This document shows positions 8,482 through 16,886 of a stretch of 32,000 nt of DNA, piece by piece (within the stretch, counting starts at the first letter, position 1; the number at the start of each line of letters is the position of its first letter). The DNA comes from an uncultured Lentisphaeria bacterium (GTDB lineage: Bacteria > Verrucomicrobiota > Lentisphaeria > JABSQK01 > JAJFLO01), in the NCBI GenBank assembly GCA_951812855.1, contig OX638337.1, forward strand, positions 420,001 through 452,000, given 5' to 3'. Made by a program: the position numbers and the translations under genes. The notes beneath the pieces were generated by a model. The model was not told the origin of the DNA, made no database searches, and was given only the letters and a program-made list of their open reading frames with translations.

Positions 8482-11400
8482 ATGAAAATTCAATTTACTA
8501 TATACAACTCAGTGCTCATTTTATTTTTCTTTGCACCATTACATACCCTTTGTGCAGCTGAAGCAGAGGAGGAAAATATACCCGTTATTGAAGATATCGT
8601 TATTGACAACTTTGATAAAGGTAAAACTCAAGGTGTTTATTTTAAACGGAAAAACACTTTAGGGAAATATCATGGAACCTGGTCAAAACGCCCAAGTTAC
8701 ACACTGATCAGCAAGAGTAAAACAATGAGGCTTGGTGACGAAGGCAGAGGATTGGTATTGGATTTCAAGAAAGACAGGGGGTGGTGCGGCTGGTACAGCA
8801 TTCTCGGAACCATAGATGCATCCAAACATAATATCTTTTCGTTTTGGGTAAAAGGTAAAACCGGCGGGGAACGATTTGAGATTGGGTTCATCGATAAAGA
8901 ACGTGATAATCTAAAAATGGATGCCGTATATGCCGGGTCTGTAGATTTGTTTTCCCCTGAGGGAGTTACAACAGAATGGAAAGAAGTAAAAATACCTTTA
9001 TCTCGAATCATCAGTCAGGTAAATATATCTGAACTTACAACCGTTGTCATCTGGTTTCCTCATCCGGGAGAAGGTACAATTTACCTTGAAGACATGACAT
9101 TTAAGTGGGATCCGGAAATTGACAGAATTGAAGAAGCAAACTTTCCGACAGCAGGCAAACACAAGGAGTACCCAAGGAGTATGTGGGTGTGGAAAATCGA
9201 TCCCGTGCTAAATTTGGAAGCCAGGAAAGAATTATTAGCACTATGCTGGAGAACTGCTATTGAAATTATTTACTTGTTTATTGGTGATTTTCCATCCCAT
9301 GGTGTTGAGGACTATACAGAATCACTAAGGACATTTTTATCTGAATGTCATCATAAAGGGATTTCAGTAGAATTACTCACCGGAAATCCGACATGGACTC
9401 TCAAAGAAAATCATGATCGGGCTGTCAACTGGCTGCGCCCGTTTTTAGAATACAACAAAGTTCATCCGCCCGAGGAGCGTTTTCATGGTGCTTCTATTGA
9501 TGTGGAACCCTATCTTTTAAGTGAGTGGAAAACAGATCGAGAACGAATAAAAGAAGAGTATCTGATTCTGATTAAAAAATATAGAGAACTTATTGATTCG
9601 TATCCAGGCATGAATTTTAAATTTGGCTGTGCAATACCAATTTTTTATACTGAAGATGTAGAGTTTGAAGAAGAACTTTTAGACATGCTGGATTATGTCG
9701 CTCTTATGGATTACTACGATTCCGGTGATGAAATTATTAAACATGGTCAGCCGCATATCGATTTAGCATCAAAAATGGGGAAAAAAGTCTGGCTGGGAGT
9801 TGAGATTCAGGATTTGGTGAGTATGAATCAGGGGATGAGACGAAATACGTTCTTTGAAGAAGGCTGGGAAGCAATGGAAAAGGAACTGGCCAAAGTGTCG
9901 TCTCACTTTGACAGGCAGTATGGTTATGGCGGCATCGCAATTCACTGCTATTACGCTTATAAAATACATCAACGTGATACAAAAACACCCCAAAATCGCC
10001 TCAGACTGCAAACTCCTGAAGGAAAAATTGTAAAACTGAATTCCTACAAAAAGAAATTACCCAAAACAATTGACGGCAAACTCGTTGATTGGCATAAAAA
10101 CAGTTTTTATAAAATATCACGAAAGGAAAATGTGGTTTTTGGAAAAAGTGCCTGGAAAAACAAGTCTGATTTGAGTTGTAAAATTTACAGCGAATGGGAC
10201 GACTCAACACTCTATATGGCATTTGATGTAATAGATAATAAAATTGTTCAGGAAAAAAAAGGCTTTGATTTATGGGAAGGTGATCATATCGAATTCTGGC
10301 TTGACGTTGATTTAGGCGAAGATTTCACTGAAGCAACGAATTCAAGAGATGATATTCAATTCGGATTTAGTCCTGGAAACTTTGGCAGCCTGCCGGCGGA
10401 TGCCTGCATCTGGACACCGGAAGTAAAAGATAAATTGAATCCGGAAATCGATATCGCAGCTGTGAAAACGAAAAAAGGGTATACCCTTGAAGTTGCCATT
10501 CCCCGTCACGTATTATATAATGACAAAACAGTCGCTCAAATGAGTATAACTGATGTTATTCACTCAGATGTTGTTTTCTCAAAGAATTCAAATGCGGGAA
10601 AACAGGTAAGATATACTCAGCGTAAAGAAGGGAATCCGCCAACAGCTTTCTATAGTGGGTATCAGATGGGTATAAGTGTGGAAGCAAGTGATACTGATGA
10701 CACACGATATCCGCAAAAATCTCTAATGTCCACCGCTATCGACCGGGTTTGGGGTGATCCCACTACATTTGGCTATCTCATATTTACAGATGAGTTTGAT
10801 GATTCCAAATACGACAAAAATGAACCTGATGAAGAAATCACGGTATCCGAAATTGAGAATATTAATGTATCAAGAGTCAGTGCTGATAAAGTTGAGGTCA
10901 ATTCCAACGAGAAACTATTCGCCGATGATTCAGATTCCGATGATCAGTCATCAAAATTAGAAATGTTGAATGACATTCCCGAATTACCCGGAAATACTAA
11001 ATTAACTGATAAAGAAACTGAATTCAGTTATCGTGGTAGAATTGGGGCATATAAAATCCCGCCGAATGATGTCATCACTTCTATTGATAACATTAACAGT
11101 TTTAAATTAGATACCGATAAAATTGCTAATGACGATCAATTTAGATTGAATGAGACGGTACCCGGTTCAATAAAGTTTCAGTTTAAAAATAGGGATACCG
11201 CAAGTTTTTGCGGAAGTTATGTTATGCTATTGGCTGATCTCACGAAATATAAGACCCTTACTTTTCTTGTAAAAGGTGCTGTTGGTGGTGAAGAATTTAA
11301 TATTGGCCTGAATGATCATATAGCTAATAAACGTGAAGACGCTGTATTCGTAGGTTCTGTCAACCGTTATCTCCCAAAAGGCGTTTTAACAGACTGGCAG

Positions 11401-12099
11401 GTTGTTAAAATTCCGATTGCAGATTTTTTTGGGCCTGATATCAGCACATCGTTTTCTATTATCTTTTTGTTTTCGGCACAAAGTGAAGGAAGTATATGGA
11501 TAGATGAATTCAGATTTTCGAAAAAACAACTCGTCGACAGGCAGGCAAAAATAACGAATGATGGCTATTTATTATTAGATAATTTTGATTACAGCAACCT
11601 GAATTTGCTCGGACGTAAAGCTGCCGCCTATAAGCGACTCCCATCCTACTGCTTAATCAATAGAGTAAGCAATAATTTTGTCGGTGTAAAAGGAAAGAGT
11701 CTACAATTAAAATATAATAAGAAAGGAAGTGGATGGTGTGGGTACTATACCTTGATGAATCAAATTGACGGTGACTATTTTGACCTGTCGAATTATGATA
11801 AAATTTCATTCTATGTCAAAGGTGAAACCGGAGGTGAAGATTTTGAGCTTGGAATGGCAGACAGCAACTGGATAACAATTGGAGACTCGATTAAAGCAGG
11901 CCAAATAACGAAATATTTATCAAACGGAATTACAACTGAGTGGCAAAACGCAATAATACCGTTAAAAGATTTTGGTAATTTAGATTTTTCTCAAATGGGA
12001 GCATTTGTAATGAATTTTAATTCAAGTGGACAGGGTACCGTATATATCGATGATATTAAATTACATCTGAAAAATATTGAAGAAGGGGAAAATAAATAG
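8482..12099 (+). CDS. large secreted modular carbohydrate-active-like protein. Architecture: signal peptide, CBM-like module, TIM-barrel glycoside-hydrolase-like core, CBM9/DOMON-like module, acidic linker, two further CBM-like modules
   Basis: N-terminal signal peptide (LILFFFAPLHTLCA|AEAEE). Three paralogous beta-sandwich modules share W/F-C-G-x-Y, VKG-x-x-GGE-x-F-x-[IL]-G, T-[ED]-W-x-x-x-x-IP and G-[ST]-[IV]-[YW]-[IL]-[DE]-[DE]. The central region has an alternating beta/alpha pattern with SIDVEPY. A CBM9-like string is present (IDGKLVDW...WDDSTLYMAFDVIDN...WEGDHIEFWLDVD). Confidence 0.85.
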   Translation: MKIQFTIYNSVLILFFFAPLHTLCAAEAEEENIPVIEDIVIDNFDKGKTQGVYFKRKNTLGKYHGTWSKRPSYTLISKSKTMRLGDEGRGLVLDFKKDRGWCGWYSILGTIDASKHNIFSFWVKGKTGGERFEIGFIDKERDNLKMDAVYAGSVDLFSPEGVTTEWKEVKIPLSRIISQVNISELTTVVIWFPHPGEGTIYLEDMTFKWDPEIDRIEEANFPTAGKHKEYPRSMWVWKIDPVLNLEARKELLALCWRTAIEIIYLFIGDFPSHGVEDYTESLRTFLSECHHKGISVELLTGNPTWTLKENHDRAVNWLRPFLEYNKVHPPEERFHGASIDVEPYLLSEWKTDRERIKEEYLILIKKYRELIDSYPGMNFKFGCAIPIFYTEDVEFEEELLDMLDYVALMDYYDSGDEIIKHGQPHIDLASKMGKKVWLGVEIQDLVSMNQGMRRNTFFEEGWEAMEKELAKVSSHFDRQYGYGGIAIHCYYAYKIHQRDTKTPQNRLRLQTPEGKIVKLNSYKKKLPKTIDGKLVDWHKNSFYKISRKENVVFGKSAWKNKSDLSCKIYSEWDDSTLYMAFDVIDNKIVQEKKGFDLWEGDHIEFWLDVDLGEDFTEATNSRDDIQFGFSPGNFGSLPADACIWTPEVKDKLNPEIDIAAVKTKKGYTLEVAIPRHVLYNDKTVAQMSITDVIHSDVVFSKNSNAGKQVRYTQRKEGNPPTAFYSGYQMGISVEASDTDDTRYPQKSLMSTAIDRVWGDPTTFGYLIFTDEFDDSKYDKNEPDEEITVSEIENINVSRVSADKVEVNSNEKLFADDSDSDDQSSKLEMLNDIPELPGNTKLTDKETEFSYRGRIGAYKIPPNDVITSIDNINSFKLDTDKIANDDQFRLNETVPGSIKFQFKNRDTASFCGSYVMLLADLTKYKTLTFLVKGAVGGEEFNIGLNDHIANKREDAVFVGSVNRYLPKGVLTDWQVVKIPIADFFGPDISTSFSIIFLFSAQSEGSIWIDEFRFSKKQLVDRQAKITNDGYLLLDNFDYSNLNLLGRKAAAYKRLPSYCLINRVSNNFVGVKGKSLQLKYNKKGSGWCGYYTLMNQIDGDYFDLSNYDKISFYVKGETGGEDFELGMADSNWITIGDSIKAGQITKYLSNGITTEWQNAIIPLKDFGNLDFSQMGAFVMNFNSSGQGTVYIDDIKLHLKNIEEGENK
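8599..9105 (+). other. CBM-like beta-sandwich module 1 (CBM11/CIA30-like pattern)
   Basis: VIDNFDKG...RGWCGWYSILG...FSFWVKGKTGGERFEIGFID...TEWKEVKIPL...GTIYLEDMTFK. Confidence 0.55.
9172..9963 (+). other. putative TIM-barrel glycoside-hydrolase-like (GHL-type) core, family unresolved
   Basis: MWVWK...IIYLFIGDF...HHKGISVELLTGNPTW...FHGASIDVEPY...LDYVALMDYYD...KKVWLGVEIQD...GGIAIHCY. The spacing of beta-strand-end acidic and aromatic residues resembles uncharacterised GHL families. Confidence 0.45.
10069..10788 (+). other. CBM9 / DOMON-like carbohydrate-binding module
   Basis: IDGKLVDWHKNSFYKI...DLSCKIYSEWDDSTLYMAFDVIDNKIV...DLWEGDHIEFWLDVDL...IQFGFSPG...GYTLEVAIP. Confidence 0.55.
11080..11520 (+). 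other. CBM-like beta-sandwich module 2
   Basis: ASFCGSYVMLL...LTFLVKGAVGGEEFNIGLND...TDWQVVKIPI...GSIWIDEFRFS. Confidence 0.55.
11569..12063 (+). other. CBM-like beta-sandwich module 3
   Basis: LLLDNFDYS...SGWCGYYTLMN...ISFYVKGETGGEDFELGMAD...TEWQNAIIPL...GTVYIDDIKL. Confidence 0.55.
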
Positions 12100-12123
12100 C
12101 AGCCGGCATGCCCCGCGAATTCA

Positions 12124-12523
12124 TCAGGCAAAACTTATGATGTTTAATTTTTTAAGTTCTTCTAATATATCATCTTTACTTATTGGTTTAGCCAAATAAG
12201 CATCACATTTTTCCGAAAATGCATCAATGATGGTCTTACTCATTATCTAACGAAGAAGTCATAATAATACTGGCTCTTGTTTCACATTGATTTTCTTCTT
12301 CTAAGGTTCGTATATTACTCAGAACCATTTTGCCATCACCATTTGGTATTTTCATGATATCAAGAAAAACTAAATCGAAATAATTATTATCGTCTATGGA
12401 ACTCTTTATAATTGCTACAGCTTCCTCCCCGTTATTAACAGTAACGCATTCGCCGTAACCAGAAAGGATTCTTTCCATGATTTTAGATGAAATATTATTA
12501 TCTTCAACGATAAGAATCCGCAT
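12124..12523 (-). pseudogene. single-domain CheY-like response regulator interrupted by a 1-nt frameshift
   Basis: The ORF 12236..12523 encodes MRILIVEDNN...FDLVFLD...IIMTSSLDNE then TAA. Skipping one base (T at 12238) continues as KTIIDAFSEKCDAYLAKPISKDDILEELKKLNIISFA, with TGA at 12126-12124. The acidic pair, the phospho-acceptor Asp, Thr and the Lys-Pro motif are all present across the two frames, and the Thr-to-Lys spacing is near normal. Confidence 0.7.
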
Positions 12524-12559
12524 TAAACTGATACCCGGATTATCTGACAGGAAATATTC

Positions 12560-13363
12560 ATGAGGACAAAAATTAATATTCTAACGTTATTCATTTTTAT
12601 TCTTTTATCAGGATGTACGACCGTTCCCATCACTGACCGCAGGCAACTCACCCTTATACCCAGTCAACATCTAATTTCATTAAGTCGGCAAGAATATAAG
12701 AAAGTATTAAAGGCAAGTAATCTCTCAAAGAATAATTCTCAACTACAACAGATTGAAAAAGTAGGCAGGAAAATTGCCAAATCAGCAAATGAATTTTTAC
12801 AAGAGAATAATATGAAAGCAAATTTTGAATGGGAATTTGCTTTAATTAATGACGACCAAACTGTAAATGCATGGTGTATGCCTGGAGGAAAAATTGCCTT
12901 ATATACAGGGATATTACCGTATACTCAGGATGAAGCCGGTATCGCAGCTGTAATGGGACATGAGGTTGCTCATGCAATTGCAAAACATTCAAACGAACGA
13001 ATGAGTCAGGCAATGCTTGCAAATTTAGGGTCTGCCATGTTATCAAAATCAATAGAAAACAGACCTGTTAAAACTCAAAAGGCGTTCCACACTGCAATAG
13101 GCATGGGTACGAAATTCGGAGTCATCCTTCCATTTTCCCGACTTCAGGAATCAGAAGCAGATCGCCTTGGACTTATTTTAATGGCCAAAGCAGGATATGA
13201 CCCGCAGCATGCCGTTGAATTTTGGAGACGTATGCAAAATTCAAAAAAACGATCTGGCCCTGAATTTACTTTGACTCATCCCTCGGACCAGCGTCGAATT
13301 CAGAACATTGAATCTCATCTTATCGAAGCCTATTACTATTATGACCCGTTTATAAAAGATTGA
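12560..13363 (+). CDS. M48-family zinc metallopeptidase lipoprotein (YcaL/LoiP-like)
   Basis: Lipobox LLSGC. HEVAH zinc motif within MGHEVAHAIAKH. Downstream ESEADRLG. Confidence 0.88.
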   Translation: MRTKINILTLFIFILLSGCTTVPITDRRQLTLIPSQHLISLSRQEYKKVLKASNLSKNNSQLQQIEKVGRKIAKSANEFLQENNMKANFEWEFALINDDQTVNAWCMPGGKIALYTGILPYTQDEAGIAAVMGHEVAHAIAKHSNERMSQAMLANLGSAMLSKSIENRPVKTQKAFHTAIGMGTKFGVILPFSRLQESEADRLGLILMAKAGYDPQHAVEFWRRMQNSKKRSGPEFTLTHPSDQRRIQNIESHLIEAYYYYDPFIKD

Positions 13364-13450
13364 ATATAATTCAATCGTTACAGATGAATTTTGCTATTTC
13401 CCATTCTCACTGCACTTTTTTAAGGCAGCGTCGGATGACATTCACAGGTT

Positions 13451-13660
13451 ATGGGGGAAGAAATCATTGTTTATTCAGAAACTGATTTAACCATAAAATC
13501 AGCAATAAAGTCCGAATTGATTTATGCAAATAGAGTTTGGCACTGCCCTGTCGACTCTGCAATAGGTACCCGAAAATGGGTTACCCATGGACTGCATGTT
13601 ACCGGTGCTGGTATGATGGACAGGGAAGAACAGAAAGATTTTAACATAATCACTTCATAA
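13451..13660 (+). CDS. doubtful 69-aa ORF in a convergent spacer
   Basis: Listed ORF with no recognisable family. It overlaps the 3' end of the AsmA-like gene by 11 nt and coincides with a palindrome-rich segment. It may not be coding. Confidence 0.15.
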   Translation: MGEEIIVYSETDLTIKSAIKSELIYANRVWHCPVDSAIGTRKWVTHGLHVTGAGMMDREEQKDFNIITS

Positions 13661-16600
13661 AAGAGTTTAAAATATCTTTCATCTCCAAATTTTCAGATTT
13701 TTCACTCTCTTCCAATTTCTTCAGTTCTCTATTTTTCAAAATTTCAAAGATACTGCCTATCGCTTCTTTAACCGATTTATCACCTGAAATCACGTCACCG
13801 ACAGTTTGAATTCCCTGAACCGTCGCCTGATCATCATCGTCTAAATCAAGTAAATCATTGGCAATAGATGGAAACCATTTTCCTAAAAGATATTTCGGTT
13901 CCCAGGAAGCTGACTTAAACGGTATGGGCCGTGTATAATGAAAACCATCTTTACTTTTTGTCAGGTGAATTTTTAGTTTTTCAGCACGTTCAACATTACG
14001 TCCTGAATATCCAATGGTTATCATCATATCAGGCAGGAATTGCGGACCCGCGAAGTTCCCCTTTCCATTTAAATTGAACATTTTATTTCTAAGCTCCAAT
14101 GAATTGACAGTCAGGTTTTGTGATTTGCTTTTGACATCAATTACTATTGAATCAAAAATCTGGTCCTGAGCATCAATTCCCAATAAGCTCATTAATTCTT
14201 TATGTTTCAGAAGTGTTTCGCTGCAATCTAAATCAGTGATACTGCATTTCATTTCTCCACGGATTGTGTCGGTAATAATCTTAGGTTCTGTTCCGCTGCC
14301 ACTGATTTTACACTGAAGATCAGCAATCGTACCGGATAAAATACCGTAAGCATCATTAGAAATACTGCTGAGTATTGGCATAACATCAAGATTTTTAATA
14401 CTTAATCGGCCACTAAATTCGGGATTATTTAAATCTAAAATATTACATTCACCGCTAAAGGATATGTCTCCGTCATCACATTTTAAGCTTGATTCAACAA
14501 TTTTTACTGATGACTGATTTGCAGAAATATGAGATTTTAACTCATTAATTTTCAAGCTCTTATATTTAATAACGGGGATATCCAACATTGCTTCGAAACT
14601 AAATTCAGGGAGCGGATTGGTACGCGTTGATTTGTTTTGATCTATTTGATTATCTCTGGATGCATTCGAATCTAACTGTGTATTAACGGCTGCATCTGAA
14701 TTGGATATTTCCGTTATACTATTTGCAAAATCAAGAATTTCCTCTACATCAACAGCCGTATTAGACTTTACTTCCAGACAGCCTGATTTGTCTGATTGAG
14801 AAAATGAAAAATTCCCGCTGGCAGTCATATCACCGAGCACACTGCCATTAACATTTAAAGATGATGACAACGAGTTCAGATTAAGAGTACCATTTTTATT
14901 GAATCCTGCATCGATATTTACTCTGCCGGCAAGTTTATTGTCTCTTAACGTTGACAGATTCTCGATCTTAAAATCTGATATAGAGAGTTCTCCTCGACAA
15001 TTTACATTCTCCAATTTTTCACTGAAATTCAGATTAAATGTACCATTCGTATTAAGATTGCCCAGGTCATACTTTTTATGGATTGATTCAGGTAAGAGTC
15101 TCTTAAGAGCAGAATTTAATTTAATCGTGGTAAATTCCAATTCGCCACTCATTTTGTCTAAATTTAATTTACCTCCGGCCTTTACATGAAATGCAGATTC
15201 CTCATCAATAAAAAATTCTAAACTGGCATCATTGATAACTGATTTGGTGAAAGATTCTTTGAGATTCAGGTTGTATCCGATATACCCGGAAAATTTAAGA
15301 TTTTCGTCTTTATGCTTATAGAATATATCAGTGACATTAAGCTTTCCCACACCGTGAAGATCACTTCCATCGCTCAAAACAGTTAATTCCAACTTACCGG
15401 AAGTCAGGCTTTTACTCAGACTGATATTTTCAATTTTGGGACATAAACCTGCAACTAATGCGTTTCTAAACTGATTAATTCCCAAATTAAATGTTGCAGG
15501 CTGCTGAATATCCGGTTTATCAGTCAGCAAAGAAATCGTTAATGTATCGCCTAAGGCACATGTCAATACATCATTAGAGCCATCATTTGCAACAATGTCT
15601 AATTCACGAATACGAAACGTCTTTTCTTCAGGTTTAACAGTCAATCCATAGTTGATTTGTAATCGCAGCGGATCGGGTTGATCATCCGAAGTGGATGATT
15701 TTATTGTGAGTTCCTCAGCATTTAAACTCCCGGTTAAATCCAGTTTTGATACATTCTTGCTGACAACTATGTGGGTATTATAATTCAATGAACCCTCTAT
15801 CTCGACGCTCGAATCTAAATTATGAAAGCGCTTAATAAAATCAAGATCATTTAAAGACATACTGACATTAAAATCACCTGAGATCGGAGTCATTGCCACG
15901 ATTCCGGATCCAGCAATATTCATGTTCTCTTTTCCGTTATCATATTCAATAAGATTTAATGTATTAATCCGATATCTCTCATCTTCAACGTGGGCAGCAA
16001 GTTCAAAATCCAGCCTTCTGTCAGTCAAATCAATTGATTGATAACGGCCATTTATTGATTTGACTCCCAGGTTCAGCTGAATTTCATCCGGTAAAAATGA
16101 TTGGTTCAAAACGGCAGTCAAGGAAATTTCTGCGTCACATGAAAGCGGATGGTCCAAGGTTGGCCGGGCAGTCGAAATAGATGTTGTAAATGTTACTTCA
16201 ATGGATTCATTGACAGCGACTCTATTGCAATGGATATCAATTTTATTAAACGAATATGATGATTGCGACATTTTGTCATCATAGATAAACTGACAATTTT
16301 TTATGCTGAAATTATTAATTATAAGTACCGGAAAATTGGTTGTTTTTGGGGTATCATTTGAAACCGATTCGGACTGCACGGGAAGCTCAGGTAAATTTAG
16401 ATTTCCATCATGATCTTTTATTATATGAACCAATCCATCTTCGACGAATATTTCATTAATAATAATTTTCTTGTTTAATGCTGCCTTCCAAAAATATTTA
16501 ATTTTAATTAATTTAGCTTTGAGAAGTACATCATTCTTATTTCTAATCTCCAGATCATTAATCGTAATTCCGTCAAATATAGAAAATGACAGATCCCCTG

Positions 16601-16739
16601 TTGACACATTCATATGCAGTTCATCAGCAATTTTAGGTAAAACAAACTGTTTTATAAACAATGGTGAGTTCACAAAAAAGAACAATGCCGTACCTAAACC
16701 AGCCGTTATAACAAATAGTACTAATAGTTTTTGTTTCAT
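13650..16739 (-). CDS. AsmA-like / DUF748-type large envelope protein (TamB/AsmA superfamily)
   Basis: N-terminal TM anchor followed by the typical AsmA start (FIKQFVLPKIADELHMNVSTGDLSFSIFDGITINDLEI...INEIFVEDGLVHIIKDHDGNLNL). A long beta-rich Asn/Ser/Leu repetitive body follows, then a charged C-terminal tail. Confidence 0.7.
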   Translation of the reverse strand: MKQKLLVLFVITAGLGTALFFFVNSPLFIKQFVLPKIADELHMNVSTGDLSFSIFDGITINDLEIRNKNDVLLKAKLIKIKYFWKAALNKKIIINEIFVEDGLVHIIKDHDGNLNLPELPVQSESVSNDTPKTTNFPVLIINNFSIKNCQFIYDDKMSQSSYSFNKIDIHCNRVAVNESIEVTFTTSISTARPTLDHPLSCDAEISLTAVLNQSFLPDEIQLNLGVKSINGRYQSIDLTDRRLDFELAAHVEDERYRINTLNLIEYDNGKENMNIAGSGIVAMTPISGDFNVSMSLNDLDFIKRFHNLDSSVEIEGSLNYNTHIVVSKNVSKLDLTGSLNAEELTIKSSTSDDQPDPLRLQINYGLTVKPEEKTFRIRELDIVANDGSNDVLTCALGDTLTISLLTDKPDIQQPATFNLGINQFRNALVAGLCPKIENISLSKSLTSGKLELTVLSDGSDLHGVGKLNVTDIFYKHKDENLKFSGYIGYNLNLKESFTKSVINDASLEFFIDEESAFHVKAGGKLNLDKMSGELEFTTIKLNSALKRLLPESIHKKYDLGNLNTNGTFNLNFSEKLENVNCRGELSISDFKIENLSTLRDNKLAGRVNIDAGFNKNGTLNLNSLSSSLNVNGSVLGDMTASGNFSFSQSDKSGCLEVKSNTAVDVEEILDFANSITEISNSDAAVNTQLDSNASRDNQIDQNKSTRTNPLPEFSFEAMLDIPVIKYKSLKINELKSHISANQSSVKIVESSLKCDDGDISFSGECNILDLNNPEFSGRLSIKNLDVMPILSSISNDAYGILSGTIADLQCKISGSGTEPKIITDTIRGEMKCSITDLDCSETLLKHKELMSLLGIDAQDQIFDSIVIDVKSKSQNLTVNSLELRNKMFNLNGKGNFAGPQFLPDMMITIGYSGRNVERAEKLKIHLTKSKDGFHYTRPIPFKSASWEPKYLLGKWFPSIANDLLDLDDDDQATVQGIQTVGDVISGDKSVKEAIGSIFEILKNRELKKLEESEKSENLEMKDILNSFMK

Positions 16740-16886
16740 AATCAGCTATAATTTTGTTAAATCAGAATCTCTTCCAAAGACATTTTCAGCTGCGATCCAA
16801 TCCCTTTTATAAAAAACCCATAAGTCCGCATATAACTGTCTAAGTTCACTTAACAGGTGTTGGGCAACAATAGAATTTAATTAAAA

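Noticed and set aside
12105-12112. GC-rich island with an 8-bp palindrome GGCATGCC between the convergent 1205-aa gene and the response regulator, considered as a bidirectional terminator.
   Set aside because: The palindrome cannot form a hairpin with a viable loop, and no flanking T/A runs are present.
12236-12241. Programmed +1 ribosomal frameshift at the TAA in the response-regulator gene (prfB-like).
   Set aside because: The P-site codon GAG cannot re-pair in the +1 frame (AGT). There is no slippery sequence and no upstream SD-like stimulator. A mutation or sequencing error is the simpler explanation.
13546-13625. Reading the 7-bp closing stem plus two hairpins as a tRNA gene.
   Set aside because: On either strand there is no U8/A14/G18G19 pattern and no T-loop consensus. 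The candidate T-loop is 6 nt. The arm spacing does not fit a cloverleaf.
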